The notes under the pieces: model-generated
Database searches by the model: none
The model's input: the letters and a program-made list of their open reading frames with translations, nothing else
Told to the model about the DNA's origin: nothing
Translations under genes and position numbers: made by a program
Part shown: piece by piece, positions 28,956-37,198 of the stretch
How positions within the stretch are numbered: the stretch's first letter is position 1
Layout of the letters: every line of letters begins with the position of its first letter
Assembly: GCA_029976025.1 (NCBI GenBank)
Contig: JARKNX010000025.1
Location: 184 to 64,183 of the forward strand
Origin: Aggregatilineales bacterium
Lineage (GTDB): Bacteria > Chloroflexota > Anaerolineae > Aggregatilineales > Ch27
Direction of reading: 5' to 3'
DNA: 64,000 bases

Positions 28956-29894
28956 ATGGAAGCCACCGCGAATAACCGCCCCTACGATGTCCTGGCCACG
29001 GGGCCTTACTTTGTTGATATGATTTTCAACGGCCTGCCGGAATTCCCCCAACTGGGGAAGGATATCTTCAGCAGCACCTTCGATCTGGTCCCCGGCGGGA
29101 TGTTCTACACCGTGCTGGCCCTGCACCGGCTGGGGGTCAGAACCGGCTGGACGTGCAACCTGGGTACGGACCTGTTCAGCCGGGCCATCCTGGAGGCGGC
29201 GGAAGCGGAAGGGATCGACAACCGCCTGTTTCATCACCACGAGCGCCCGGTGCGCCGGCTGGCGGCGTCGTTCTCTTTCAAGCATGACCGCGGCTTCGTC
29301 AGCTATCTCGATCAGGACGTGGAAGAGCTGATCTCGCTGGCGGAGCTGGAACGGGTTCGCCCACGCTGCCTGATGCTGGCCGGTCTGGACTACGTTTTCC
29401 AGGTGCCACAGACGAGTCGCCTCCCCAACCGGGCCGAGTTTGTCGTCTACCAGGACTGTCAGCATACCGACCTGACGCTGGAGTCATCCGAGCTGACCGC
29501 GGCACTGCGCCATGTGGATATCTTCGCCCCCAACGAGGTCGAAGCTATGCAGCTCACCGGGGCCGATACAGTTGAAGAAGCGCTGGAGCGCCTGGCGGCG
29601 GTCGTGCCGCTGGTGGTGGTCAAGTGTGGGGCGAAAGGCGCCCTGGCCCGGCGGGCGGATGCGGTCTACCGCGCTCCGGCCATTGATGTGAATGTGCAGG
29701 ATACAACGGGGGCCGGGGACTGCTTCAACGCAGGTTTTGTGTTCGGATATTTGCGGGGAGAGCCGCTGGAGAACTGCCTGCGGCTGGGCAACATCGTCGG
29801 CGGACTGTCCACAACCGCGCCGGGGTCGAGCGGCGTACCTGACCGCGCCCGGACGCTGGAGATGCTGGAGCACTACCCGGCGCACTGCCGCTGA
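28956..29894 (+). CDS. PfkB-family carbohydrate kinase
   Basis: 312 aa. PfkB signature DTTGAGDCFNAGFVFGYL. Starts 7 nt after the GH4 stop. Confidence 0.88.
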   Translation: MEATANNRPYDVLATGPYFVDMIFNGLPEFPQLGKDIFSSTFDLVPGGMFYTVLALHRLGVRTGWTCNLGTDLFSRAILEAAEAEGIDNRLFHHHERPVRRLAASFSFKHDRGFVSYLDQDVEELISLAELERVRPRCLMLAGLDYVFQVPQTSRLPNRAEFVVYQDCQHTDLTLESSELTAALRHVDIFAPNEVEAMQLTGADTVEEALERLAAVVPLVVVKCGAKGALARRADAVYRAPAIDVNVQDTTGAGDCFNAGFVFGYLRGEPLENCLRLGNIVGGLSTTAPGSSGVPDRARTLEMLEHYPAHCR

Positions 29895-29949
29895 TCCGCC
29901 CCCGCGTCGCTGGCCGGCAGATGCAGGCGGGCGAATCCTCCGCAGCCGA

Positions 29950-29978
29950 TTGTCAATCTGCTAGCAATCGGGTAGAAT
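29950..29978 (+). promoter_or_regulatory. Internal sigma70-like promoter upstream of the GRE activase
   Basis: TTGTCA (29950-29955), a 17-nt spacer, then TAGAAT (29973-29978). Overlapped by the inverted repeat CCGATTG (29946-29952) / CAATCGG (29965-29971). Confidence 0.55.
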
Positions 29979-30022
29979 TAGTCGCCATCAGGACTGCACC
30001 GCCAGGCAGGGATATTCAGACA

Positions 30023-30928
30023 GTGACCGACGGCCTCCTTTTCGATATTCAGCGATTCGCGCTGCATGACGGCCCCGGCATCCGCACCACTGTGTTCTTC
30101 AAAGGGTGCGGTCTGCGCTGCTGGTGGTGCCACAATCCGGAGAGTCAGCATCCTAAGCAGGAAGTGATGCTCCGCCCGGAGCTGTGTATCCAGTGCGGGG
30201 CGTGCCTGGAAGCATGCCCGGAGGGTGCGATCATCCGCGACGGGGACCGGCTGGTCACCCTGCGCGATCGGTGTACCGGCTGCGGCGCATGTGCCGAAGC
30301 CTGCAACGCCGACGCGCGCCAGATCGTCGGGCGCGCTATGGCGGTGGCCGCGGTGATGGCAGAAGTCATGCGCGACTCCCTCTTTTATGAAGAGTCGGGG
30401 GGCGGCGTCACCTTCTCCGGCGGCGAGCCGCTCCTGCAAGGCGATTTCCTGCTGGCGCTGCTGCGCGCCTGTAAAGCGCAGGACCTGCACACCACGCTCG
30501 ATACATGCGGCCACGCGCCAACCGCCACGCTGGAAGCGGTGCGTCCCTACGTAGACCTGTTCCTGTACGATCTCAAGCTGATGGACGACGCCCGCCACCG
30601 GCAGGTCACCGGCGCGTCGAACAAACTCATCCTGGAACACCTGCATCTGCTGGCGCGGGGAGGACACCGCATCGTCCTGCGCATCCCGCTTATCCCCGGC
30701 ATCAACGACGACGAGGAGAACCTCCGCCAGATAGCTACCCTGGTCCGCACACTGCCGCAGATTGAGCGTGTGGACCTTTTGCCGTATCATCTGATTGGGG
30801 ATCACAAGTACGAACGTCTGAATCGCCCCAATCCAATGCCAGAAACTCTGCCGCCGACTCCGGCGCAGATGGAAAACGCCGTCCGGATCTTCCGGGATGC
30901 AGGGGTGCAGGTCAGCACAGGAGGATGA
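30023..30928 (+). CDS. Glycyl-radical-enzyme activating enzyme (radical SAM, with two ferredoxin-like clusters)
   Basis: The ORF is open from 29921, but that extension covers the internal promoter. GTG 30023 gives VTDGLLFDIQRFALHDGPGIRTTVFFKGCGLRCWWCHNPES, with CX3CX2C at nt 30107-30130. Also CIQCGACLEACPEGA and CTGCGACAEACNADA. The size and layout fit PFL2-clade activases. Confidence 0.9.
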   Translation: MTDGLLFDIQRFALHDGPGIRTTVFFKGCGLRCWWCHNPESQHPKQEVMLRPELCIQCGACLEACPEGAIIRDGDRLVTLRDRCTGCGACAEACNADARQIVGRAMAVAAVMAEVMRDSLFYEESGGGVTFSGGEPLLQGDFLLALLRACKAQDLHTTLDTCGHAPTATLEAVRPYVDLFLYDLKLMDDARHRQVTGASNKLILEHLHLLARGGHRIVLRIPLIPGINDDEENLRQIATLVRTLPQIERVDLLPYHLIGDHKYERLNRPNPMPETLPPTPAQMENAVRIFRDAGVQVSTGG

Positions 30929-30931
30929 GCA

Positions 30932-33301
30932 ATGAAGATGAGTGAGCGTGTCGCCCGGTTGCGGCAGCAAAGCCTGGACGCAACCCCAACATTGTCGCCA
31001 GAACGGGCGCTGCTGATGACCCGGTTCTACCAGCAGCAGACGGCCCGGCAGTCCACACCCGTCGAGCGGGCTAACGCTTTCGCTTACCTGATGGAGCACC
31101 GGACGGTCTGTATCAACGACGGCGAGCTGATCGTCGGCGAGAAAGGCCCCGCTCCCAAGGCCACGCCTACTTACCCGGAACTGTGCTGTCACACCCGGCA
31201 GGACCTGGAGATTCTCAACTCGCGGGAGAAAATCCCCTTCGCTGTCAGCCCGGAAACCTTCCGCCTCTATGAGGAGACGATCATCCCCTTCTGGGGCGGC
31301 AAAACTATGCGGGAGATGATCCTGGGCGAAATGCGCCCGGAATGGCTGGACGCCTACGAAGCCGGCATCTTCACCGAGTTCATGGAGCAGCGATCGCCCG
31401 GCCACACCGTGCTGGATGACAAAATCTACCGCCGCGGGATGCTGGACTTCATCGCCGAGATCGAGGCCCAGTTAGAAGCGCTCGATTATCTGGCCGACCC
31501 GAACGCCTACGCCCGGCAGGAGCAACTCAAGGCTATGCGGATCGCCGCCCGGGCCTTGATCCGCTTCGCCGAACGGCACGCGGAGAAGGCGCGCGAGTTG
31601 ATGAAGCAGGAGGCTGATCCGGATCGCCGGGAAGAGCTGGCGCGCATCGCCGATGTCTGCTCCTATGTCCCGGCGAACGCCCCGCGCGACTTCTGGGACG
31701 CGCTGCAATACTACTGGTTCGTGCATGTGGGCGTCACCTCGGAGCTGAATCCCTGGGACGCTTTCAACCCCGGCCACCTGGATCACCACCTCTATCCCTT
31801 CTACCAGCAGGGGCTGGCGGACGGCACGCTGACCCGCGAAGAGGCGGAAGAGCTTTTGCAGTGCCTGTGGATCAAGTTCAACAATCAGCCGGCCCCGCCC
31901 AAAGTCGGCGTTACGGCGCAGGAAAGCGGCACCTACACGGATTTCGCCCAGATCAATCTCGGCGGGGTGACTGTCGAAGGCGCGGACGCCGTCAATGACG
32001 TGACTTACCTCCTGCTGGACGTGATTGAGACGATGCGCCTGCTCCAGCCCAGTTCTTCCATCCAGGTCAGCAAGAAGAACCCCGACCGCTTCATCAAACG
32101 GGCCGCTCGCATTATTCGCACTGGCTTCGGCCAGCCGTCCGTCTTCAACACCGATGTTGTCGTGCAGGAGATGATCCGGCAGGGCAAGTCGCTGATGGAT
32201 GCCCGGCAGGGCGGCACCAGCGGCTGCGTCGAGACCGGCGCTTTCGGCAAGGAAAACTACAACCTGACCGGCTACTTCAACCTGCCCAAGGTGCTGGAGG
32301 TCACGCTGCATAACGGCCTCGACCCGCGCACAGGGAAGCGGCTCGGCCCCGAGACCGGCGATCCGCGCTCATTTCGCACCTTTGATGACTTCTTCGCCGC
32401 CTTCGAGAAGCAGCTCCACCACTTCCTGGACATCAAGATACGCGGCAACAACGTCATCGAGCGGCTGTATGCCCGCTACCTGCCGGCGCCGTTCCTCTCC
32501 CTGCTGATCGACGACTGCATCGCCACCGGCAAGGACTACCATGACGGCGGCGCCCGCTACAACACCTCGTATATTCAGGGGGTGGGGCTGGGGACAATCA
32601 CCGACGCCCTGACCGCGCTGAAGATTCATGTATTCGAGCAGAAGACCCTGATTATGGAGGAGATGCTGGCCGTCCTGGCCGCCGACTTCGACGGCTATGA
32701 GCGCGAGCGCCTGATGCTGCTCAACCGGACGCCCAAGTACGGCAACGATGACGACCGCGCCGACTCGGTGATGGTGCGCGTGTTCGAGGCTTATTTCGCC
32801 GCTATCGACGGGCGACCGAACACGAAAGGCGGCGTCTACCACATCGATCTGCTGCCCACTACATGCCACGTCTACTTCGGCTCAGTGACCGGGGCTACCC
32901 CGGATGGCCGCCGGGCGTGGACACCGCTCTCCGAAGGCATCTCGCCAGTGCAGGGGGCCGATCGCTGCGGGCCAACCGCGGTCATTCGCTCCGTCGCCAA
33001 GATGGACCATGTCCGCACCGGCGGCACGCTGCTCAACCAGAAGTTCACGCCGGCGGTGCTGGCGGGCGACGAGGGTCTCGACCAGCTCGTCCGTCTCATA
33101 CGGACCTACTTCCGGCTGGACGGCCACCACATCCAGTTCAATGTCGTGGATGCGGATACGCTGCGCGCCGCCCAGAAAAATCCGGAACAGTACCGCGACC
33201 TGATCGTGCGCGTCGCCGGTTACAGCGACTACTTCTGCGACCTCAGCCAGGCGCTCCAGGATGAGATCATCGCTCGCACCGAATACCTCCAGTTTGGCTA
33301 A
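30932..33301 (+). CDS. Glycyl radical enzyme, PFL2/diol-dehydratase-like clade (substrate unknown)
   Basis: 789 aa. Glycyl motif RVAGYS (Gly763, nt 33218-33220). Thiyl loop SGCVETG (Cys432 at nt 32225-32227, Glu434). C-terminal GATPDGR...GPTA...LNQKF...HIQFNVVD...NPEQYRDLIVRVAGYSDYF. GGAGGA RBS. Starts 3 nt after the activase stop. Confidence 0.95.
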   Translation: MKMSERVARLRQQSLDATPTLSPERALLMTRFYQQQTARQSTPVERANAFAYLMEHRTVCINDGELIVGEKGPAPKATPTYPELCCHTRQDLEILNSREKIPFAVSPETFRLYEETIIPFWGGKTMREMILGEMRPEWLDAYEAGIFTEFMEQRSPGHTVLDDKIYRRGMLDFIAEIEAQLEALDYLADPNAYARQEQLKAMRIAARALIRFAERHAEKARELMKQEADPDRREELARIADVCSYVPANAPRDFWDALQYYWFVHVGVTSELNPWDAFNPGHLDHHLYPFYQQGLADGTLTREEAEELLQCLWIKFNNQPAPPKVGVTAQESGTYTDFAQINLGGVTVEGADAVNDVTYLLLDVIETMRLLQPSSSIQVSKKNPDRFIKRAARIIRTGFGQPSVFNTDVVVQEMIRQGKSLMDARQGGTSGCVETGAFGKENYNLTGYFNLPKVLEVTLHNGLDPRTGKRLGPETGDPRSFRTFDDFFAAFEKQLHHFLDIKIRGNNVIERLYARYLPAPFLSLLIDDCIATGKDYHDGGARYNTSYIQGVGLGTITDALTALKIHVFEQKTLIMEEMLAVLAADFDGYERERLMLLNRTPKYGNDDDRADSVMVRVFEAYFAAIDGRPNTKGGVYHIDLLPTTCHVYFGSVTGATPDGRRAWTPLSEGISPVQGADRCGPTAVIRSVAKMDHVRTGGTLLNQKFTPAVLAGDEGLDQLVRLIRTYFRLDGHHIQFNVVDADTLRAAQKNPEQYRDLIVRVAGYSDYFCDLSQALQDEIIARTEYLQFG

Positions 33302-33320
33302 CCCCTGCTGACGCCGCCAG

Positions 33321-33360
33321 ACCGCCCGCCGGATTCGTAAATCGGCGGGCGGTTGCTTTT
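33321..33360 (+). terminator. Rho-independent terminator of the GRE operon
   Basis: ACCGCCCGCCG (33321-33331) pairs with CGGCGGGCGGT (33343-33353), followed by TGCTTTT. Confidence 0.8.
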
Positions 33361-33622
33361 CAAGGGTAACCGCCGCAGCCACCCTCGCTTTGTCACCGCT
33401 GCGCTTCGCTCTGCCAGTGGCAGCGCAGCCGGTCAGGGGCGGGCACGGGCGGCGCCTGAAGTGAAGATCGTGGAACCAGAAGGCCTCTCGCAGCGTCTGT
33501 CATAGAGAAGCAGCGCTGTGCCCTGTACGGCGCTTGTCACGCCCCTGACCGCCTGATACACTCAGCCGCGCAGAGGCGCAGGCTGCTAAATCGACTACGA
33601 AATTACAGGAGCATAAGGACAC

Positions 33623-35506
33623 ATGAAGTACACACGGAGTTGGATTATCGCATTGACAGCTATTACCCTGCTGACTTCTCTCAGCGGGCTGGCTTCCGCA
33701 CAATCAAGCGACAATGTCCTGGCCGGGACAGGCTGGACTCTCACCGCCATCAATGGCCAGCCTCCCCTGGCCGGGACGATGGTCACTCTCAACTTCGATG
33801 CCGAAGGCCGGGTCAACGGGTCGGACGGCTGCAACAGCTACGCGACGAGCTACACCGTGGACGACACCAGCCTGACTTTTGGAGCGCAGATAATTTCGAC
33901 CATGATGGCCTGCCAGGACGCGGTTATGACCCAGGCCGGGACCTACCAGGCCGTCCTGCTGCAGACAGCCTCATTCCATAAGATCGGCGGGCAGCTCTTT
34001 CTGCTGGACGCTGACGGCGCGACCCTGCTGGTGTTCGCCCTGCAGGAAACCGACCTGGTCGGCACGCAGTGGGAAGTTATCAGCTACAACAACGGCCAGC
34101 AGGCTGTCGTCTCCACCCTGAGCGGCACTACGCTGACCGCTAACTTCGGCGCGGACGGCACGCTCTCCGGCATCGCCGGCTGCAACAACTATTTCGCCAG
34201 TTTTGAGAGCGATGGCAAATCGACGATCACGATCGGGCCAGCGGCAACTACACGCATGCTTTGCTCCGAGCCGGGAGGCGTGATGGAGCAGGAGGCCGCA
34301 TATCTGGCGGCGCTGGCGACAGCCGCCACCTACCAGATCACCGGCGACCAGTTGCACATGCGTACCGCCGATGACGCCCTGGCCGTCACCTTTGTCCGCG
34401 CCGCGACACCGGCTGACAATGACCAGCCGGCGGGCATCTTGCTCGATCCGCATGGCCTGGCCGAGACCTGGGAGGCTGTATCCGTTCCGGAGACCCCTTA
34501 CGACGCCAGCATGCCGCCTGGACCGACCGGGCTGCCGGCGCATACTCAGGTCCTGTTCGACATTTTCGATGCGGCTGCATGGCAGCCCGGCATGCCGATC
34601 ATGACGATCATCCCGGTGGACGCCTACCGCTCCATGTGGGATGAGAATAAGGATACCGCCGTCATTGTTGCCATCGGGCAGATTCACAACCTGATAGCGT
34701 CCATGCCATCCTCCGGCCCGATCAGCGGCGTGCCGGCCCTGCCCTACGAAATAACGGGGGGCGGCATCAACGACGCAGCGGCGCAGTTCAGCTTCGTCGC
34801 CGGGGCGGATACGAGCGCCAGCAAGGGCGGCTACCGGTTTGTTGGCCGCTGGACACAGGAACCGACCCCCATGACCAACCAGGGCCTGTTCTACGTCTAC
34901 CAGGGTTTCACCAATGACGGCAAATATCTGGTCTCGTTCTTCTATCCGGTGACCACCACCGCCCTGCCCGATTCTGTCGAACAGGTCTCAGCGGCGGACC
35001 TGGCCGCCGTGGAGGCCGATCCGGGGGCTTACCTCCAGGCGCAGGTTGCGATGCTGAACGCCCTGACGCCGGCGGACTGGACACCCAATCTGGACACGCT
35101 GGACGCGCTGGTCAGCTCGCTGCAGATCGAGGGCATGACCTCCTCCGGTTTGCTCAACCGGGCCTGGGCCTGGCTGGGCACCCGTCCCGGCGATAGCAAA
35201 ACCGTGACCCCGCTGGCCGATCCCCGCCTCTACGAGGTGACTTACAACTCCGACGGCACGCTGACCTTTGTGGCTGACTGCAACCGGGGCAACGGCACCT
35301 TCACGCTTCAGGGCGGCGTGACGGGCAGCCTGACCACTACGCTCGGCGCAACAACCCTGGCTATGTGCAACGATGGCGACCAGGGCCAGCAGTTCATGAA
35401 CGCTCTGGAGGCCGCGCAGAGCTTCCGCGTGCTGCCGGGCGGCAGCGTGCTTGAGCTTGTCCCGCCGGCAGGCGATGATATTCTCGTCTTCGTCAGCGGC
35501 GGCTAA
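33623..35506 (+). CDS. Secreted protein with three META (HslJ-like) domains
   Basis: 627 aa. Signal peptide MKYTRSWIIALTAITLLTSLSGLASAQ. META-like modules: WTLTAINGQP...GSDGCNSYATSY...TMMAC, WEVISYNNG...GIAGCNNYFASF...TRMLC, and C-terminal YEVTYNSDGTLTFVADCNRGNGTF...LAMC. AGGAG RBS. Confidence 0.8.
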   Translation: MKYTRSWIIALTAITLLTSLSGLASAQSSDNVLAGTGWTLTAINGQPPLAGTMVTLNFDAEGRVNGSDGCNSYATSYTVDDTSLTFGAQIISTMMACQDAVMTQAGTYQAVLLQTASFHKIGGQLFLLDADGATLLVFALQETDLVGTQWEVISYNNGQQAVVSTLSGTTLTANFGADGTLSGIAGCNNYFASFESDGKSTITIGPAATTRMLCSEPGGVMEQEAAYLAALATAATYQITGDQLHMRTADDALAVTFVRAATPADNDQPAGILLDPHGLAETWEAVSVPETPYDASMPPGPTGLPAHTQVLFDIFDAAAWQPGMPIMTIIPVDAYRSMWDENKDTAVIVAIGQIHNLIASMPSSGPISGVPALPYEITGGGINDAAAQFSFVAGADTSASKGGYRFVGRWTQEPTPMTNQGLFYVYQGFTNDGKYLVSFFYPVTTTALPDSVEQVSAADLAAVEADPGAYLQAQVAMLNALTPADWTPNLDTLDALVSSLQIEGMTSSGLLNRAWAWLGTRPGDSKTVTPLADPRLYEVTYNSDGTLTFVADCNRGNGTFTLQGGVTGSLTTTLGATTLAMCNDGDQGQQFMNALEAAQSFRVLPGGSVLELVPPAGDDILVFVSGG

Positions 35507-35553
35507 CTGCCGGGCCGGGGCCGGATGGCGCCGCAAAGATGGATGAAACGACA

Positions 35554-35582
35554 GCCGGGGCGGGCAGATAACCCGCCCCGGC
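35554..35582 (+). terminator. GC stem-loop after the META-domain gene
   Basis: GCCGGGGCGGG pairs with CCCGCCCCGGC in an 11-bp stem with a 7-nt loop. There is no strong U-tract. Confidence 0.5.
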
Positions 35583-35610
35583 CCTCATTGATCCCGGCGC
35601 AGCGGTTCGG

Positions 35611-36555
35611 ATGACTGTAAGGAGGCTTATGTCCCGCAGACGTTTTCTTCTGGTCAGCATTCTGGCGCTGGCTGTCACAGCCGCCGTCATCGCGATAGCC
35701 TGGTGGAACGGCAGCATGCACGTTTACGCCGTGGGCCGGCCAATCACCGCCTCGCCCGCTGACTGCCCGGGTGAACTGGTCGTCGCCGTGATCGGCGATT
35801 ACGGCCAGGCCGGGCAGCCAGAAGCCGACGTGGCGGCCCTGGTGGCGAGCTGGGACCCCGATTATGTGCTGACCACCGGCGACAACAATTACGATGCCGG
35901 CGCCGCCGAGACGATCGACGCCAATATCGGGCAGTATTATCACGCCTATATCGCGCCCTACCAGGGCCAGTACGGAACAGGCGCGGCGGAAAATCGCTTC
36001 TTCCCGGCGCTGGGCAACCATGACTGGTATACTGAGGACGCCCGGCCGTATCTGGATTACTTCACCCTGCCGGGGAACGAGCGTTACTACACGGTCGGAC
36101 TGGGGCCGCTGCGCGTCTTCGTGCTCGACAGCGACGCGCAGGAGCCGGATGGCATTACGGCCGATTCGGTTCAGGCGCAGTGGTTGCAGGCCGGGCTGGC
36201 CGATTCCGCCGCTCCCTGGAATCTGGTCGTGATGCACCATACGCCGTACACATCATCCCTGCACCGCAGCTCAGACCCTACCCTCCAGTGGCCTTACGCG
36301 GCATGGGGCGCGGCGGCGGTGATCTCCGGCCACGATCATCTGTATGAGCGTCTGGAGGCGGACGGCATTCCATATCTAGTGAACGGGGCGGGCGGCAAGA
36401 GCCTCTATCCGTTCGGGCCGCCGGAGCCGGAGAGCGTCGTGCGGTATAATCGCGATTACGGCGCCCTGGTCATGCGGGCGACTGGAGATTGTCTCAACAT
36501 CAGTTTCTACTCACGCGCGCATGAGCTGATCGACAGCGTCACGCTGCGCCGGTAG
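35611..36555 (+). CDS. Calcineurin-like metallophosphoesterase (Tat-type leader)
   Basis: Motifs VAVIGDYGQ, TTGDNNYD, ALGNHDW, VVMHHTPYTS and ISGHDHLYER. Leader MSRRRFLLVSILALAV. ATG 35629, just after AAGGAGG, is an alternative start. Confidence 0.85.
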   Translation: MTVRRLMSRRRFLLVSILALAVTAAVIAIAWWNGSMHVYAVGRPITASPADCPGELVVAVIGDYGQAGQPEADVAALVASWDPDYVLTTGDNNYDAGAAETIDANIGQYYHAYIAPYQGQYGTGAAENRFFPALGNHDWYTEDARPYLDYFTLPGNERYYTVGLGPLRVFVLDSDAQEPDGITADSVQAQWLQAGLADSAAPWNLVVMHHTPYTSSLHRSSDPTLQWPYAAWGAAAVISGHDHLYERLEADGIPYLVNGAGGKSLYPFGPPEPESVVRYNRDYGALVMRATGDCLNISFYSRAHELIDSVTLRR

Positions 36556-36616
36556 CGGCTTCCGGGCTGCCCCCGGATAACCTGCCTGCCAGTTCTGGCT
36601 ATCTGATTGTGATGTA

Positions 36617-37096
36617 ATGTTGTATTACGACGAACGATCTGACTCCGGCATCTCCCGGATCACCGACACCCTGTATATCTCGGCATTTCCCGCGGTCGGG
36701 CACATTGAAACGCTCCGCGCCCTGCATGTGCGCCTGATCATCTCCATGACGTTCCAGCGCCCCCCGCGCGAGGTGCGCGCAGCCGTCGCCCGCTGGCTGC
36801 ATCTGCGCACAGTTGACTCGCCCCTGGTGCCGCTGCCGATCTTCCAGCTCTGGCGCGGCGTTGAGGCGGCGCTGCCGGTCATCCGCGAAGGCGGCGGCGT
36901 GCTGACGCACTGCCGGGCCGGGGTGCACCGCAGCGTGGCCATGGCCTGCTGCATCCTGATCGGCGCGGGCTATACGGCTCAGGAGGCGATGGCGCTGGTG
37001 AAGGAGAAGCGGCCAGTCGCTGACCCGGGCGCCTGGTACATTCGCCGCCGCATTTTGAAGTTCGAGCAGGTGTGGCAAGAACGCAGCACAGGATAA
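36617..37096 (+). CDS. Dual-specificity / Cys-based protein phosphatase
   Basis: 159 aa. Active-site loop VLTHCRAGVHRSVAMACCILI (HCxxGxxRS). Confidence 0.85.
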   Translation: MLYYDERSDSGISRITDTLYISAFPAVGHIETLRALHVRLIISMTFQRPPREVRAAVARWLHLRTVDSPLVPLPIFQLWRGVEAALPVIREGGGVLTHCRAGVHRSVAMACCILIGAGYTAQEAMALVKEKRPVADPGAWYIRRRILKFEQVWQERSTG

Positions 37097-37099
37097 CAG

Positions 37100-37141
37100 G
37101 CGGCGGCGTCCGCCCGCCGGTTGGTCGCCGGACGCCGCCGC
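37100..37141 (+). terminator. Strong GC hairpin after the phosphatase gene
   Basis: GCGGCGGCGTCCG (37100-37112) pairs with CGGACGCCGCCGC (37129-37141) in a perfect 13-bp stem. No U-tract follows. Confidence 0.45.
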
Positions 37142-37198
37142 GCCCCAGGGTAGCATGACCGCACCGGTGCTCAGCCCTGACAGGGAGGACGGAGCATC

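Noticed and set aside
29921-30022. ATG 29921 as the start of the GRE activase (ORF-track start)
   Set aside because: The 34-aa extension has no counterpart in activases. It also overlaps a near-consensus promoter and an inverted repeat. GTG 30023 yields the canonical N-terminus ...LLFDIQRFALHDGPGIRT.
24209-31405. Long minus-strand ORFs 24209-25489, 25749-26660, 27368-28861 and 29978-31405, antisense to the GRE operon
   Set aside because: Each overlaps a plus-strand gene with strong family signatures (SBP, permease, GH4, activase/GRE). The compositions are low-complexity and Arg/Gly/Ala/Pro-rich. No RBS or motifs were found.
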